Positions 28,583 through 36,849 of a stretch of 64,000 nucleotides of DNA are shown piece after piece. The notes below the pieces were generated by a model, which had not been told where the DNA came from, made no database searches, and saw only the letters and a list, made by a program, of their open reading frames with translations. The DNA lies in contig CAWIYV010000007.1 of the NCBI GenBank assembly GCA_963840455.1, forward strand, positions 160,001 through 224,000. The letters are read 5' to 3'. Numbering within the stretch: the stretch's first letter is position 1; every line of letters begins with the position of its first letter. The DNA comes from Nitrospirota bacterium. GTDB taxonomy: Bacteria > Nitrospirota > UBA9217. The position numbers and the translations under genes were made by a program.

Positions 28583-30163
28583 ATGGGCCCAGGCCAGGCT
28601 AATGCAAGTTCGGCGACAGGAACAAAAAATCGGGTACCCGATGCGGCGCCGCAGTCAGGGATCTGTTCGGTCTGTCTTGACGGATGCCCGGGACCGTGCG
28701 AGGTAGGCAAGTCGTCCTACCGCGGCAGGGAGGTCATCTATCCGCTGCCCTTTGGCAAGGTGACTGCCGGGGCGACGAAGCAGTATCCCGTGGACTATGC
28801 TCATTTGAACATTCAAGGTACGTGCGTCGGCGCGTTCGGCGTGGCCGCGGACCCGGACAGGGCGATCTTCCCGGCGGTGTCCACGAAGGCCGAGCTGGGC
28901 CATAAGCATAAGATCAAGCTTGATGTCCCGATCTTCACCGGAGCCCTCGGCTCGACGGACATTGCCAAGGACAACTGGGAAGGGCTTGCCATCGGCGCCG
29001 CCATCTCCGGTATCATGGTGGTGATCGGAGAGAACGTGGTGGGCATGGATCCTCAGGCGCAGTTCAAGAACGACAAGGTCGCTCACTCGCCCGAGCTCGA
29101 GCGGCGGGTGAAATGCTTCAAGGAATGGCACAACGGGGCTGGTGAGATCATCCTGCAGCAGAACGTCGAGGACACACGGCTTCACTCAGCTGAGTACGCC
29201 ATCGAGAAGCTCGGTGTGAACTGCATCGAGCTCAAATGGGGGCAGGGCGCCAAGAACATCGGCGGCGAAGTGAAGCTCAGGAGCATTGAGCGAGCCGAAG
29301 AACTGAAGAAGCGGGGCTACATCGTGCTGCCCGATCCCGAGGACAAGACGGTGAAGAAGGCCTTCGCCGAGGAGGAGTTCAAGGAGTTCGAGCGGCACTC
29401 GCGGCTCGGCATGGTCGAACATGAGGGGTTCGTGAAAGCGGTGAAGCATTACCGCAGCGCGGGCGCGAAGTTCGTCTCACTCAAGACCGGCGCCTACCGC
29501 GTATCCGATCTCGCCAGGGCGATCCGGTTCTGCTCCGACGCCGAGATCGACCTGCTGACCATCGACGGCGCGGGTGGGGGAACGGGCATGAGCCCCTGGC
29601 GCATGATGAACGAGTGGGGGATCCCGACCATCTACCTCCAGTCGCTGGCCTGTAAGTTTGCATCTCAACTCAAGGCGAAGGGCAGATATGTCCCTGACAT
29701 GGCCATCGCCGGCGGTTTCTCCCTCGAGGACCACATCTTCAAGGCCCTAGCGCTCGGCGCGCCGCATTTCAAGGCGGTCTGCATGGGCAGGGCGCTCATG
29801 ATCCCCGCCTTCGTGGGGAAGAACATCAAGAAGTGGGTGGACGAGGACAAGCTGCCCGTGGACATCAAGAAGTACGGCGACGTGCCCGAGCGCATCTTCA
29901 TCACTACGGAAACACTGAAGGCCAAGTACGGCAAGGACTTCAGCCGTATCCCCTGGGGCGCTGTGGCCATGTACACCTTCGCCGACCGGTTGAAGCTCGG
30001 TCTGCAGCAGCTGATGGCGGGCGCACGGAAGTTCGGCCTCAAGCACATCGACCGGAGCGATATCGTGTCCCTGACACGAGAGGCCGCGGACGTGACCGGT
30101 ATTCCTTATGTCATGGACTCTGACATGAAGGAAGCTGAACGCATCCTGTGCAACGGCGTCTAA
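28583..30163 (+). CDS. FMN-binding glutamate synthase family protein (stand-alone), paralogue 2
   Basis: CSVCLDGCPGPC; ELKWGQGAK, DGAGGGTGMSP, IAGGF, KALALGA..MGRA; colinear with paralogue 1. Confidence 0.85.
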   Translation: MGPGQANASSATGTKNRVPDAAPQSGICSVCLDGCPGPCEVGKSSYRGREVIYPLPFGKVTAGATKQYPVDYAHLNIQGTCVGAFGVAADPDRAIFPAVSTKAELGHKHKIKLDVPIFTGALGSTDIAKDNWEGLAIGAAISGIMVVIGENVVGMDPQAQFKNDKVAHSPELERRVKCFKEWHNGAGEIILQQNVEDTRLHSAEYAIEKLGVNCIELKWGQGAKNIGGEVKLRSIERAEELKKRGYIVLPDPEDKTVKKAFAEEEFKEFERHSRLGMVEHEGFVKAVKHYRSAGAKFVSLKTGAYRVSDLARAIRFCSDAEIDLLTIDGAGGGTGMSPWRMMNEWGIPTIYLQSLACKFASQLKAKGRYVPDMAIAGGFSLEDHIFKALALGAPHFKAVCMGRALMIPAFVGKNIKKWVDEDKLPVDIKKYGDVPERIFITTETLKAKYGKDFSRIPWGAVAMYTFADRLKLGLQQLMAGARKFGLKHIDRSDIVSLTREAADVTGIPYVMDSDMKEAERILCNGV

Positions 30164-30276
30164 GGAGATTGATCCCGGTCACGCACGTATGAGCAGTGCC
30201 GGTCATGACCTGCAAATAACCAACTCCCGTTCCGCCGGAACCGGGCGGATCGGGAACTGATTTCGGAGACGACCGA

Positions 30277-31269
30277 ATGAACAAGACGCTGCATGCCATT
30301 CTTTCCATTCTCGATAGATGTTCGACCGTCACCGGTTCTCGGGAGATCTCGCGGCAGTTGAAGCTGCGCGGCGTGGAGATCACCGAACGGACGGTCCGGT
30401 ATTATCTGAAAATGCTTGATAAGAAAGGCTATACGGAAGTATTTGGCAAGGAAGGCCGAAAGATCACCGCCGCCGGAAGGGAAGAGCTCAAACACTCCCT
30501 CGTTTCCGACAAGATCGGATTTGTGATCAGCAAAATTGAAACGCTCTCGTACATGACCACCCTGGACATGGCGACCATGGAAGGCGATGTGATCCTGAAC
30601 ATCTCGTATTTTCCGCGAAAGCACCTTCGTCAGGCGCTGCGATTGCTCAAACCCGCCTTCTCGTCACCTTATGTGATGAGCGATCGGGTGATCCTTGCAC
30701 CCGAGGGGGAGAAGATCGGGGATGTAATCGTTCCCAAAGGAATGGTGGGGTTGGGCACGATCTGCAGTGTGACGATCAATGGTATATTTCTTAAGGCGGG
30801 CATTCCCGTCGCCTCGCGGTTTGGCGGGGTCGTGGAGACCGCGAATGGCAAACCCCTGCGGTTCGTTTCCCTGATCAGCTATGACGGATCATCCCTCGAT
30901 CCTCTCGAAGTGTTCATCAAGAGCAAGATGACCGCAGTCTCCAAGGCCGTGGCTGACGGCCGCGGCAGGATACTCGCCAGTTATCGGGAGATCCCCGTGG
31001 TATGTCTGGACAAGGCAAAAAAGCTCGCCCGCACCCTGGAAGATCGGGGCATACGCGGCATTCTGCTTATCGGCAGTCCGAACAAACCCCTTCTGGAAGT
31101 ACCGGTCGGGATCGACCGGGCCGGCATCGTGATCGTCGGCGGACTCAATCCGGTGGCCGTCCTGGAGGAGCACGGGATCACAACGGAGAGCAAGGCCATG
31201 TCGACCCTCTTCGAATACACTCAACTCGTGCCCTTTCAGGATACGCTGAGCATTCCTCTCTCATCCTGA
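30277..31269 (+). CDS. nrpR: NrpR-family nitrogen repressor (wHTH + single NRD/DUF128), copy 1
   Basis: GSREISRQL..ITERTVRYYL..LDKKG wHTH; TICSVTINGIFLKAGIP, YDGSSLDPLEVF, GGLNPVAVLEEHGI. Confidence 0.85.
   Translation: MNKTLHAILSILDRCSTVTGSREISRQLKLRGVEITERTVRYYLKMLDKKGYTEVFGKEGRKITAAGREELKHSLVSDKIGFVISKIETLSYMTTLDMATMEGDVILNISYFPRKHLRQALRLLKPAFSSPYVMSDRVILAPEGEKIGDVIVPKGMVGLGTICSVTINGIFLKAGIPVASRFGGVVETANGKPLRFVSLISYDGSSLDPLEVFIKSKMTAVSKAVADGRGRILASYREIPVVCLDKAKKLARTLEDRGIRGILLIGSPNKPLLEVPVGIDRAGIVIVGGLNPVAVLEEHGITTESKAMSTLFEYTQLVPFQDTLSIPLSS
30333..31217 (+). repeat. 885-bp direct repeat (nrpR core), copy 1
   Basis: Matches 39696..40580 with only two substitutions seen (30727 a/g, 30780 t/c). 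Confidence 0.92.
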
Positions 31270-31361
31270 CGAAAAACGAACACAACGCAGCCCGTATAGC
31301 TCATCTCTTCAGATCAGTTTCGCTGGTCCTCGCCTCGCTTACGCTATGCAATAATTTCCGC

Positions 31362-31420
31362 TTGACAGTGCAACTCAACCAGGTGTATTGTAAAAAAAAT
31401 GAATCGGCAATCGATTGCCG
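31362..31420 (+). promoter_or_regulatory. sigma70 promoter plus putative NrpR operator (site 2)
   Basis: TTGACA-18-TATTGT, then perfect palindrome CGGCAATCGATTGCCG at 31405..31420. Confidence 0.7.
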
Positions 31421-31652
31421 TCTAAAAGCACCTCGCGAAGCCACTTTTGCCGCTGTTCAGCGATCGATCGTCGGTCGTTTGTACGTGGGCGATGGGATCG
31501 TTCCGCGTGCAGGAGAGACCTCAATGCGGGAAAGGCTCCCGTTCCCTGGCACCAATTGCCAGATCGATACCGTGAACACAATTCCAGGTATGCAGTCATT
31601 TGAACTTCTACATTAAATTTTTAGGGACAAGACAGTGAGAGAGAGGACGAGC

Positions 31653-32189
31653 ATGAAGGATGCGAATCGGTCGGGGAATGCGCCGCGGATCGTGGTGGTT
31701 TATTGTCGCAACGCGATATCGTCTGCCGCTGAAATGCTCGAAGGGCCCTACAACGCAAAAGGATTCAGTGCTTATTTTGCCGCCCTGCCTTGTTCCAGTA
31801 AAATAGAACCCTCATATCCTCTTAAAATGCTGGCCGATGGGGCTGACGGAGTGCTCGTGGTGGCATGTCTGGAGGGCCGTTGCAGGAATTTGGTGGGTAA
31901 TGTCCGGGCGGAAAAGAGGATCAACTATGTGCGGTCGCTCTTGGACAAGGCTGGCATGGGCGCTGAACGCCTGACTCTGGAGCGGGGAGAGAATCTTATG
32001 GAAAAAGATCTTCTGGAGCTGGCTCAGCGCCGGCTTGGACCAGTGCAAGTACTGGGACCCAACCCCATGGGCAGTGTCACAAGGTTACAGGAAGATGAAG
32101 GAAAGAAAGTGAAACCACGCCCTGTACGAGCTGTTCCACGCGTAAAGGCCGGGCGCAGACAGAGCGCGCTCAGAAAAAAGGGGAAGTAA
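31653..32189 (+). CDS. mvhD: MvhD/FlpD-like [2Fe-2S] protein (hydrogenase delta subunit family)
   Basis: IVVVYC, LPCSSKI, GADGVLVVACLEGRC..GN.RA..RI, GMGAERL, LGPNP. Alternative GTG start at 31635. Confidence 0.85.
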   Translation: MKDANRSGNAPRIVVVYCRNAISSAAEMLEGPYNAKGFSAYFAALPCSSKIEPSYPLKMLADGADGVLVVACLEGRCRNLVGNVRAEKRINYVRSLLDKAGMGAERLTLERGENLMEKDLLELAQRRLGPVQVLGPNPMGSVTRLQEDEGKKVKPRPVRAVPRVKAGRRQSALRKKGK

Positions 32190-32246
32190 CAGTCCCTGTG
32201 TTCTATTGTGGATTGTAATAATACGTCCCATGAAGGGGGAGAGAAC

Positions 32247-32918
32247 ATGATTATTGCGGAATGGAAGCCCCTGCCGGAACTGGTGGATAAATTAAGAGGA
32301 CATACCAATGTTCTCGTAGCGGGATGCGCTACCTGTGTGGCAGAGTGCGCGGCGGGCGGGGAGCGTGAAGTGGAGACCCTTGCGCCGCTGCTTCAGATGG
32401 CGCTCAAGAAAGAAGGGCACACGATCACCGTGCGTACCAGGACGGTGGAGCGGCAGTGTGAATGGGAATTCGTGGAGGAGCTGGCCGAACTGGTCCCTCA
32501 CGTGGATGCGATCGTCAGCCTTGCCTGCGGCATCGGCATTCAGGCGGTGGCCGAGCGGTTTCCCGATCTGGCGGTATATCCCGGCGTGAACACGACGGCC
32601 CTGGCGATCCGGCAGGAGCCGGGAATGTGGATCGCGCGGTGCGCGGCCTGCGGCGACTGTGTTCTTGGCGAAACCTTTGGCCTGTGTCCGGTCGCCCGCT
32701 GCGCAAAAAGTCTTTCAAACGGACCGTGCGGCGGCACCAGAAAAGAAGGCAAATGCGAAATCGATGAGAACCTCGACTGCGTGTGGTTCCAGATCTACGA
32801 GCGGGCAAAATCCCGCGGGAAAGTGAAGCAACTCCTTAAAGTGCGGAAGCCCAAAAACTGGTCGAACTCAGGCCATGGAGGTCCCAAGCGGGTGGTACGG
32901 GAGGATCTGCGGCCATGA
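32247..32918 (+). CDS. metV: MetV (methylene-THF reductase Fe-S/Zn subunit)
   Basis: GCATCVAECAAGG, RQCE, LACGIG, CAACGDC..CPVARCAKSLSNGPCGG..C..CVW; overlaps metF start. Confidence 0.85.
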   Translation: MIIAEWKPLPELVDKLRGHTNVLVAGCATCVAECAAGGEREVETLAPLLQMALKKEGHTITVRTRTVERQCEWEFVEELAELVPHVDAIVSLACGIGIQAVAERFPDLAVYPGVNTTALAIRQEPGMWIARCAACGDCVLGETFGLCPVARCAKSLSNGPCGGTRKEGKCEIDENLDCVWFQIYERAKSRGKVKQLLKVRKPKNWSNSGHGGPKRVVREDLRP

Positions 32919-33853
32919 TGAAAGCAGGGACCAGACTCGAAAAAACGCTCCGCGCCGGACAGTTCGCCCTGACCGTCGAGGTGGGACCGCCGCGCGGCCC
33001 CAACCCCGAGGATATCCTTCGCAAAGCGCGGCTGCTCAAGGGCGTCGCCGACGGGTATAACGTCACCGACAATCAGACCGCGGTGGTGCGCATGTCGAGC
33101 ATTGCCGGCGCCCGGCTTCTTCTCGAGGCCGGATGCGAACCGATCATGCAGATGACGTGCCGTGACCGCAACCGCATCGCCCTGCAATCCGACCTGCTGG
33201 GTGCCTGGGCGCTCGGAATGCGCAACTGCCTCTGCATTTCAGGCGACCACCAGAAAGCGAGCGCATCAGGAAAGCTGAAAGGCGACCCCGGCGCCAAGAA
33301 CGTCTTTGACGTCGACTCGATGCAGCTGATCTCGATCATGAAGAACATGCGTGACGCAGGTGTTCTGGTGAGCGGCGACCTTCTTTCGCAGCCGACGCCT
33401 TTTTTTATCGGCGCAGCCTGGACGCCGTTTGCACCTCCTGAAGAGTTCCGTGTATTGCGGCTTGCCAAGAAGATCGAGGCGGGCGCCGACTTTATCCAGA
33501 CCCAGGCCGTCTTTGACATGAAGCGGTTCGCAAACGCTGTCGCAACGGCCGAGGAGATGGGGCTCACCGAAAAGACCGCGATTCTGGCCGGTATCATTGT
33601 TCCAAAATCCGCCAGAATGCTCGAATATATGAATGCCAACGTGCCGGGCGTGGAAGTACCGGACGCCCTCATCAAGCGGATGGCTGCCGCAAAGGACCAG
33701 CGCCAGGAAGGGTATCAGATCACTGTTGAACTGATCCAGGCCGCCCGGAAGATCCCGGGTGTGAAAGGCGTGCACCTCCAGGCCATTGAATCCGAAGAGG
33801 TTCTGCCCGAGATCATAAAATCCGCTGGACTCCTGCCCCGACCGCAGGTTTAA
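32915..33853 (+). CDS. metF: MetF methylenetetrahydrofolate reductase
   Basis: TVEVGPP (catalytic Glu), NVTDNQ, CRDRNRIALQSDLLGA, SGDH (catalytic Asp), KKIEAGADFIQTQ. Confidence 0.92.
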   Translation: MMKAGTRLEKTLRAGQFALTVEVGPPRGPNPEDILRKARLLKGVADGYNVTDNQTAVVRMSSIAGARLLLEAGCEPIMQMTCRDRNRIALQSDLLGAWALGMRNCLCISGDHQKASASGKLKGDPGAKNVFDVDSMQLISIMKNMRDAGVLVSGDLLSQPTPFFIGAAWTPFAPPEEFRVLRLAKKIEAGADFIQTQAVFDMKRFANAVATAEEMGLTEKTAILAGIIVPKSARMLEYMNANVPGVEVPDALIKRMAAAKDQRQEGYQITVELIQAARKIPGVKGVHLQAIESEEVLPEIIKSAGLLPRPQV

Positions 33854-33881
33854 ACTCGCTGTTCCCGGATGGTAAGAAGAC

Positions 33882-35351
33882 ATGTCGAAGAAATATCACA
33901 TCAGGATTGATCCGGCGCCCGCCCGCTATCCGGGCGTACCCAAGTATTCCGTGCTGGAAACCGAGGGATGTCTGGGCTGTTTGAAGTGCGTTAAGCGGAC
34001 CTCGTGCGTGTACTCCGCCTATGACGAGCGGTCGTTCGATCCCAAGGCGATCGTGGACAAGACCGACACCATGTGCGTTGGCTGCATGCAATGCGTCCAG
34101 GATTGCAAAAAGAACATTCTCAGCCGGGGAAAGAACCCCCGGTTCGAAAAAATGGGCAATGCGTACTGGACGCCCTCGGTCATCGCGGGCATCTGGAAAC
34201 AGGCCGAGAATGGCAAGATACCCGTATCCGGCGCCGGTTACCGCGGTCCGTTCAGCGGTGCCGGATTCGATCAGATGTGGACAGACATGTCGGAAATCGT
34301 CCGGCCCACCCGCGACGGCATCCACGGCCGCGAATATATCAGCACGCTCATTGAACTTGGCCGGAGGCCGTCCAGACTTGTTTTCGACGCCCGGGGCGGC
34401 ATGGTGACCGAGCCTCCTCCGTTCATCGAGTTGCCGGTTCCTCTTGTATTGGAAATTCCCGATTCCGCCCACGTGTCGGCCCAAACGATAGAGGCTATCG
34501 CCCGTGCCGGCCATCGCGCCGGGACGCTGCTGATCGTCGATGCCAAAACCGCAAAGAACATCCCACCACGTCTTAAAGACCGGTTGATGGTGATCTTTGA
34601 TCCGGCGGTCGACAAGGCCGCCGTTCTCAAGGACATTCCCGCGGTCCAGATGGCCTATTCGGCATCCGTAATGAAAGATGCCGCCAAGCTCAAGCGTACC
34701 CGGCCTGACCTGGTGATTTCGGTGCGCGTGCCACTCGATGAACATGCGGTGAAACGCGCTGCCAAACTTGCCGCCGACGGGGCGGAGGTGGTCCATCTCT
34801 ATGCAGATGGAAAGGGCAGGGGGCTGAAAAAGCGCAAGGCCGACTTTGTTACCGCCCTTATGAAGGAAGTGCACTTCAAGCTGGTGGATGAAGGCGTGCG
34901 CGAAGAGCTGACGCTTCTGGTTTCCGGCGGCATTGCAATGGCCGAGCATGTCGCCAAGGCAATGCTCTGCGGAGCCGATGGTGTGGGCGTTGACACCGCG
35001 CTGTTGGTCGCTCTGGAGTGCCGCGTCTGCACGATGTGCAAATCCGAGATCGTATGCCCGGTGGAACTGGAAAAGGCGCCGGTGGAATGGGCCGAGAAGC
35101 GGATCGTGAACCTTCTTGGTTCATGGCACTCCCAGCTTATCGAAATGATGGGCGCAATGGGAATCCGCGAGGCGCGCCGCCTGCGGGGAGAGCTCGGCCG
35201 GGCGATGTTTTTTGATGACCTGGAGCGGGAAAACTTCGGGCCGCTGTTCGGAGAGCGGGTAAAGGGAGATCAGGCCGCGCCGGTATTGCCGAACGAAATA
35301 CCCGTCCCCCATCACGGGAACGGTCGTCTTCAAGACGCCGGGCGGCATTGA
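33882..35351 (+). CDS. Degenerate glutamate-synthase FMN-domain (GltB2-like) protein with N-terminal ferredoxin
   Basis: CLGCLKC..C / CVGCMQCVQDC; GFDQMWTDMSEIVRPTRDG; VSGGI..HVAKAMLCGADGV; CRVCTMC...CP; lacks MSFG, TGEGG and KxAQGAKPG. Confidence 0.7.
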   Translation: MSKKYHIRIDPAPARYPGVPKYSVLETEGCLGCLKCVKRTSCVYSAYDERSFDPKAIVDKTDTMCVGCMQCVQDCKKNILSRGKNPRFEKMGNAYWTPSVIAGIWKQAENGKIPVSGAGYRGPFSGAGFDQMWTDMSEIVRPTRDGIHGREYISTLIELGRRPSRLVFDARGGMVTEPPPFIELPVPLVLEIPDSAHVSAQTIEAIARAGHRAGTLLIVDAKTAKNIPPRLKDRLMVIFDPAVDKAAVLKDIPAVQMAYSASVMKDAAKLKRTRPDLVISVRVPLDEHAVKRAAKLAADGAEVVHLYADGKGRGLKKRKADFVTALMKEVHFKLVDEGVREELTLLVSGGIAMAEHVAKAMLCGADGVGVDTALLVALECRVCTMCKSEIVCPVELEKAPVEWAEKRIVNLLGSWHSQLIEMMGAMGIREARRLRGELGRAMFFDDLERENFGPLFGERVKGDQAAPVLPNEIPVPHHGNGRLQDAGRH

Positions 35352-35358
35352 TGTCACC

Positions 35359-36849
35359 GTGAAACTCGACCCTTCCCGCTACCGCAACCAGTTCGGCAAA
35401 TATAAAGTGGTGCGGACCTCCGCCTGCATCGCATGCGGCAAGTGCGCCGAGGTGTGCGCCTATGGCGTGCACGTCAAGGCGGGCAGCCGCATGCTCGCCC
35501 CCAAATCCCATCTGTGCCGGGGTCGTGAACACTGCCGCGGCAACAAACGGTTTTGCGCCGACAGCTGCCCGGTGAACGCCTTGCGGGTCGGCAAAGACCC
35601 GCTCTTCGAGACGATCGGCGATCCCCGGTGGACCGCTGACCTGTTGCTGGCGACCTGGCATCAGGCCGAGACCGGCCGTCCGCCGGAAGGCGGCCTTGAG
35701 TACCGGGTGGGAGAGTCGGGCGGCGGGTTCGATCGCATGGACTTTAAATTCCCCGAACAGCTTCCCGATCCCTCACTGAAGCCGGAGGACGTGGACCTTT
35801 CCATTCCGCTGAATCGAAGAAAGGACGGACGGCCTGAGGTCATGATCGGCTTTCCCGTATATGGCGGGGGAATGAGTTTCGGATCCGTAAGCCTCACCAC
35901 CATCCTTTCGCGGGCGCGAGCCTATGTCGCGATGAATTCTTTCACCTGCACCGGCGAAGGCGGTTATCCTGACGATCTTAAGCAATACGACGACCATGTG
36001 ATCACTCAGATCGCCACGGGGCTCTTTGGAGTGCGGGAAGAGACCATCCAGCGGGTGCGCATGGTTGAATTCAAATATGCCCAGGGCGCCAAACCGGGCC
36101 TCGGCGGTCATCTGCTGGGAGACAAGGTTACTCCCGCCGTGGCAAAGATGCGGGAAGCAGTGGTCGGCTCCGCTCTTTTTTCTCCCTTTCCGTTCCACTC
36201 GGTCTACTCGGTGGAGGATCACAAGAAACACGTCGACTGGATCAAGGCGATCAACCCCAAGGCGCTGGTGTCGGTCAAGGTTTCCACACCTTCGGACGTG
36301 GACATGGTGGCCGTGGGCAGCTTTTATGCCGGCGCCAATGTCATCCATCTTGACGGAAGCTATGGAGGCACAGGAGCCGCTCCCGATATAGCCAAAAAGA
36401 ATATCGCCATGCCGATCGAGTACGCCATACCCAAGGTGCACCGTTTCTTGGTCGCTGAGGGGATCCGCCCCGAAATGACGCTCATCGTGTCGGGCGGTCT
36501 GCGCACGGCCTGGGATGTCGCCAAGGCGATCGCCCTGGGCGCCGATGGCGTGGTGGTGGGTACAGCGGAGATGGTGGCGCTTGAATGCATCCGGTGCGCA
36601 AACTGCGAGAGCGGACGGGGGTGCCCGCGCGGCATAGCCACTACCGATCCCAAGCTGAGCGCAATGTACGATGAAACCTGGGGTTCTCAGCGGATCATGA
36701 ACCTTTTCCATTCCTGGGCCCTCCAACTCCAGGATATTCTCCATCGTTTCGGTATGAAAAGTGTTCGTGAGCTGGTGGGTCGGTCTGACCTGTTGCTTCA
36801 CCGCGACTACGAAAAACGCGCGGAATACCGCAGAGTGGAGTCAGGATAA
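35359..36849 (+). CDS. Glutamate synthase FMN-binding subunit (archaeal-type GltB2) with ferredoxin domain
   Basis: CIACGKCAEVC; GGMSFGS, TGEGG, QIATGLFG, KYAQGAKPGLGGHL..DKV, DGSYGGTGAAP, SGGLRT, CIRCANC..CP. Confidence 0.88.
   Translation: MKLDPSRYRNQFGKYKVVRTSACIACGKCAEVCAYGVHVKAGSRMLAPKSHLCRGREHCRGNKRFCADSCPVNALRVGKDPLFETIGDPRWTADLLLATWHQAETGRPPEGGLEYRVGESGGGFDRMDFKFPEQLPDPSLKPEDVDLSIPLNRRKDGRPEVMIGFPVYGGGMSFGSVSLTTILSRARAYVAMNSFTCTGEGGYPDDLKQYDDHVITQIATGLFGVREETIQRVRMVEFKYAQGAKPGLGGHLLGDKVTPAVAKMREAVVGSALFSPFPFHSVYSVEDHKKHVDWIKAINPKALVSVKVSTPSDVDMVAVGSFYAGANVIHLDGSYGGTGAAPDIAKKNIAMPIEYAIPKVHRFLVAEGIRPEMTLIVSGGLRTAWDVAKAIALGADGVVVGTAEMVALECIRCANCESGRGCPRGIATTDPKLSAMYDETWGSQRIMNLFHSWALQLQDILHRFGMKSVRELVGRSDLLLHRDYEKRAEYRRVESG

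Noticed and set aside
31347-31360. Secondary operator-like sequences TGCAATAATTTCCG (31347) and CGGCAACAATTTCG (40683)
   Set aside because: They are one base shorter than the three good sites and mismatched; too weak to call without binding data.
31546-31560. TGGCAC-CAA-TTGC as a sigma54 promoter or extra NrpR site
   Set aside because: The spacing is 2 bp too short for -24/-12, and it is N5 rather than N6 for the operator.
31653-32189. MvhD as a selenoprotein
   Set aside because: All cluster ligands are Cys codons and there is no in-frame TGA. I recognised no selenoprotein gene, selC or selD in this window.
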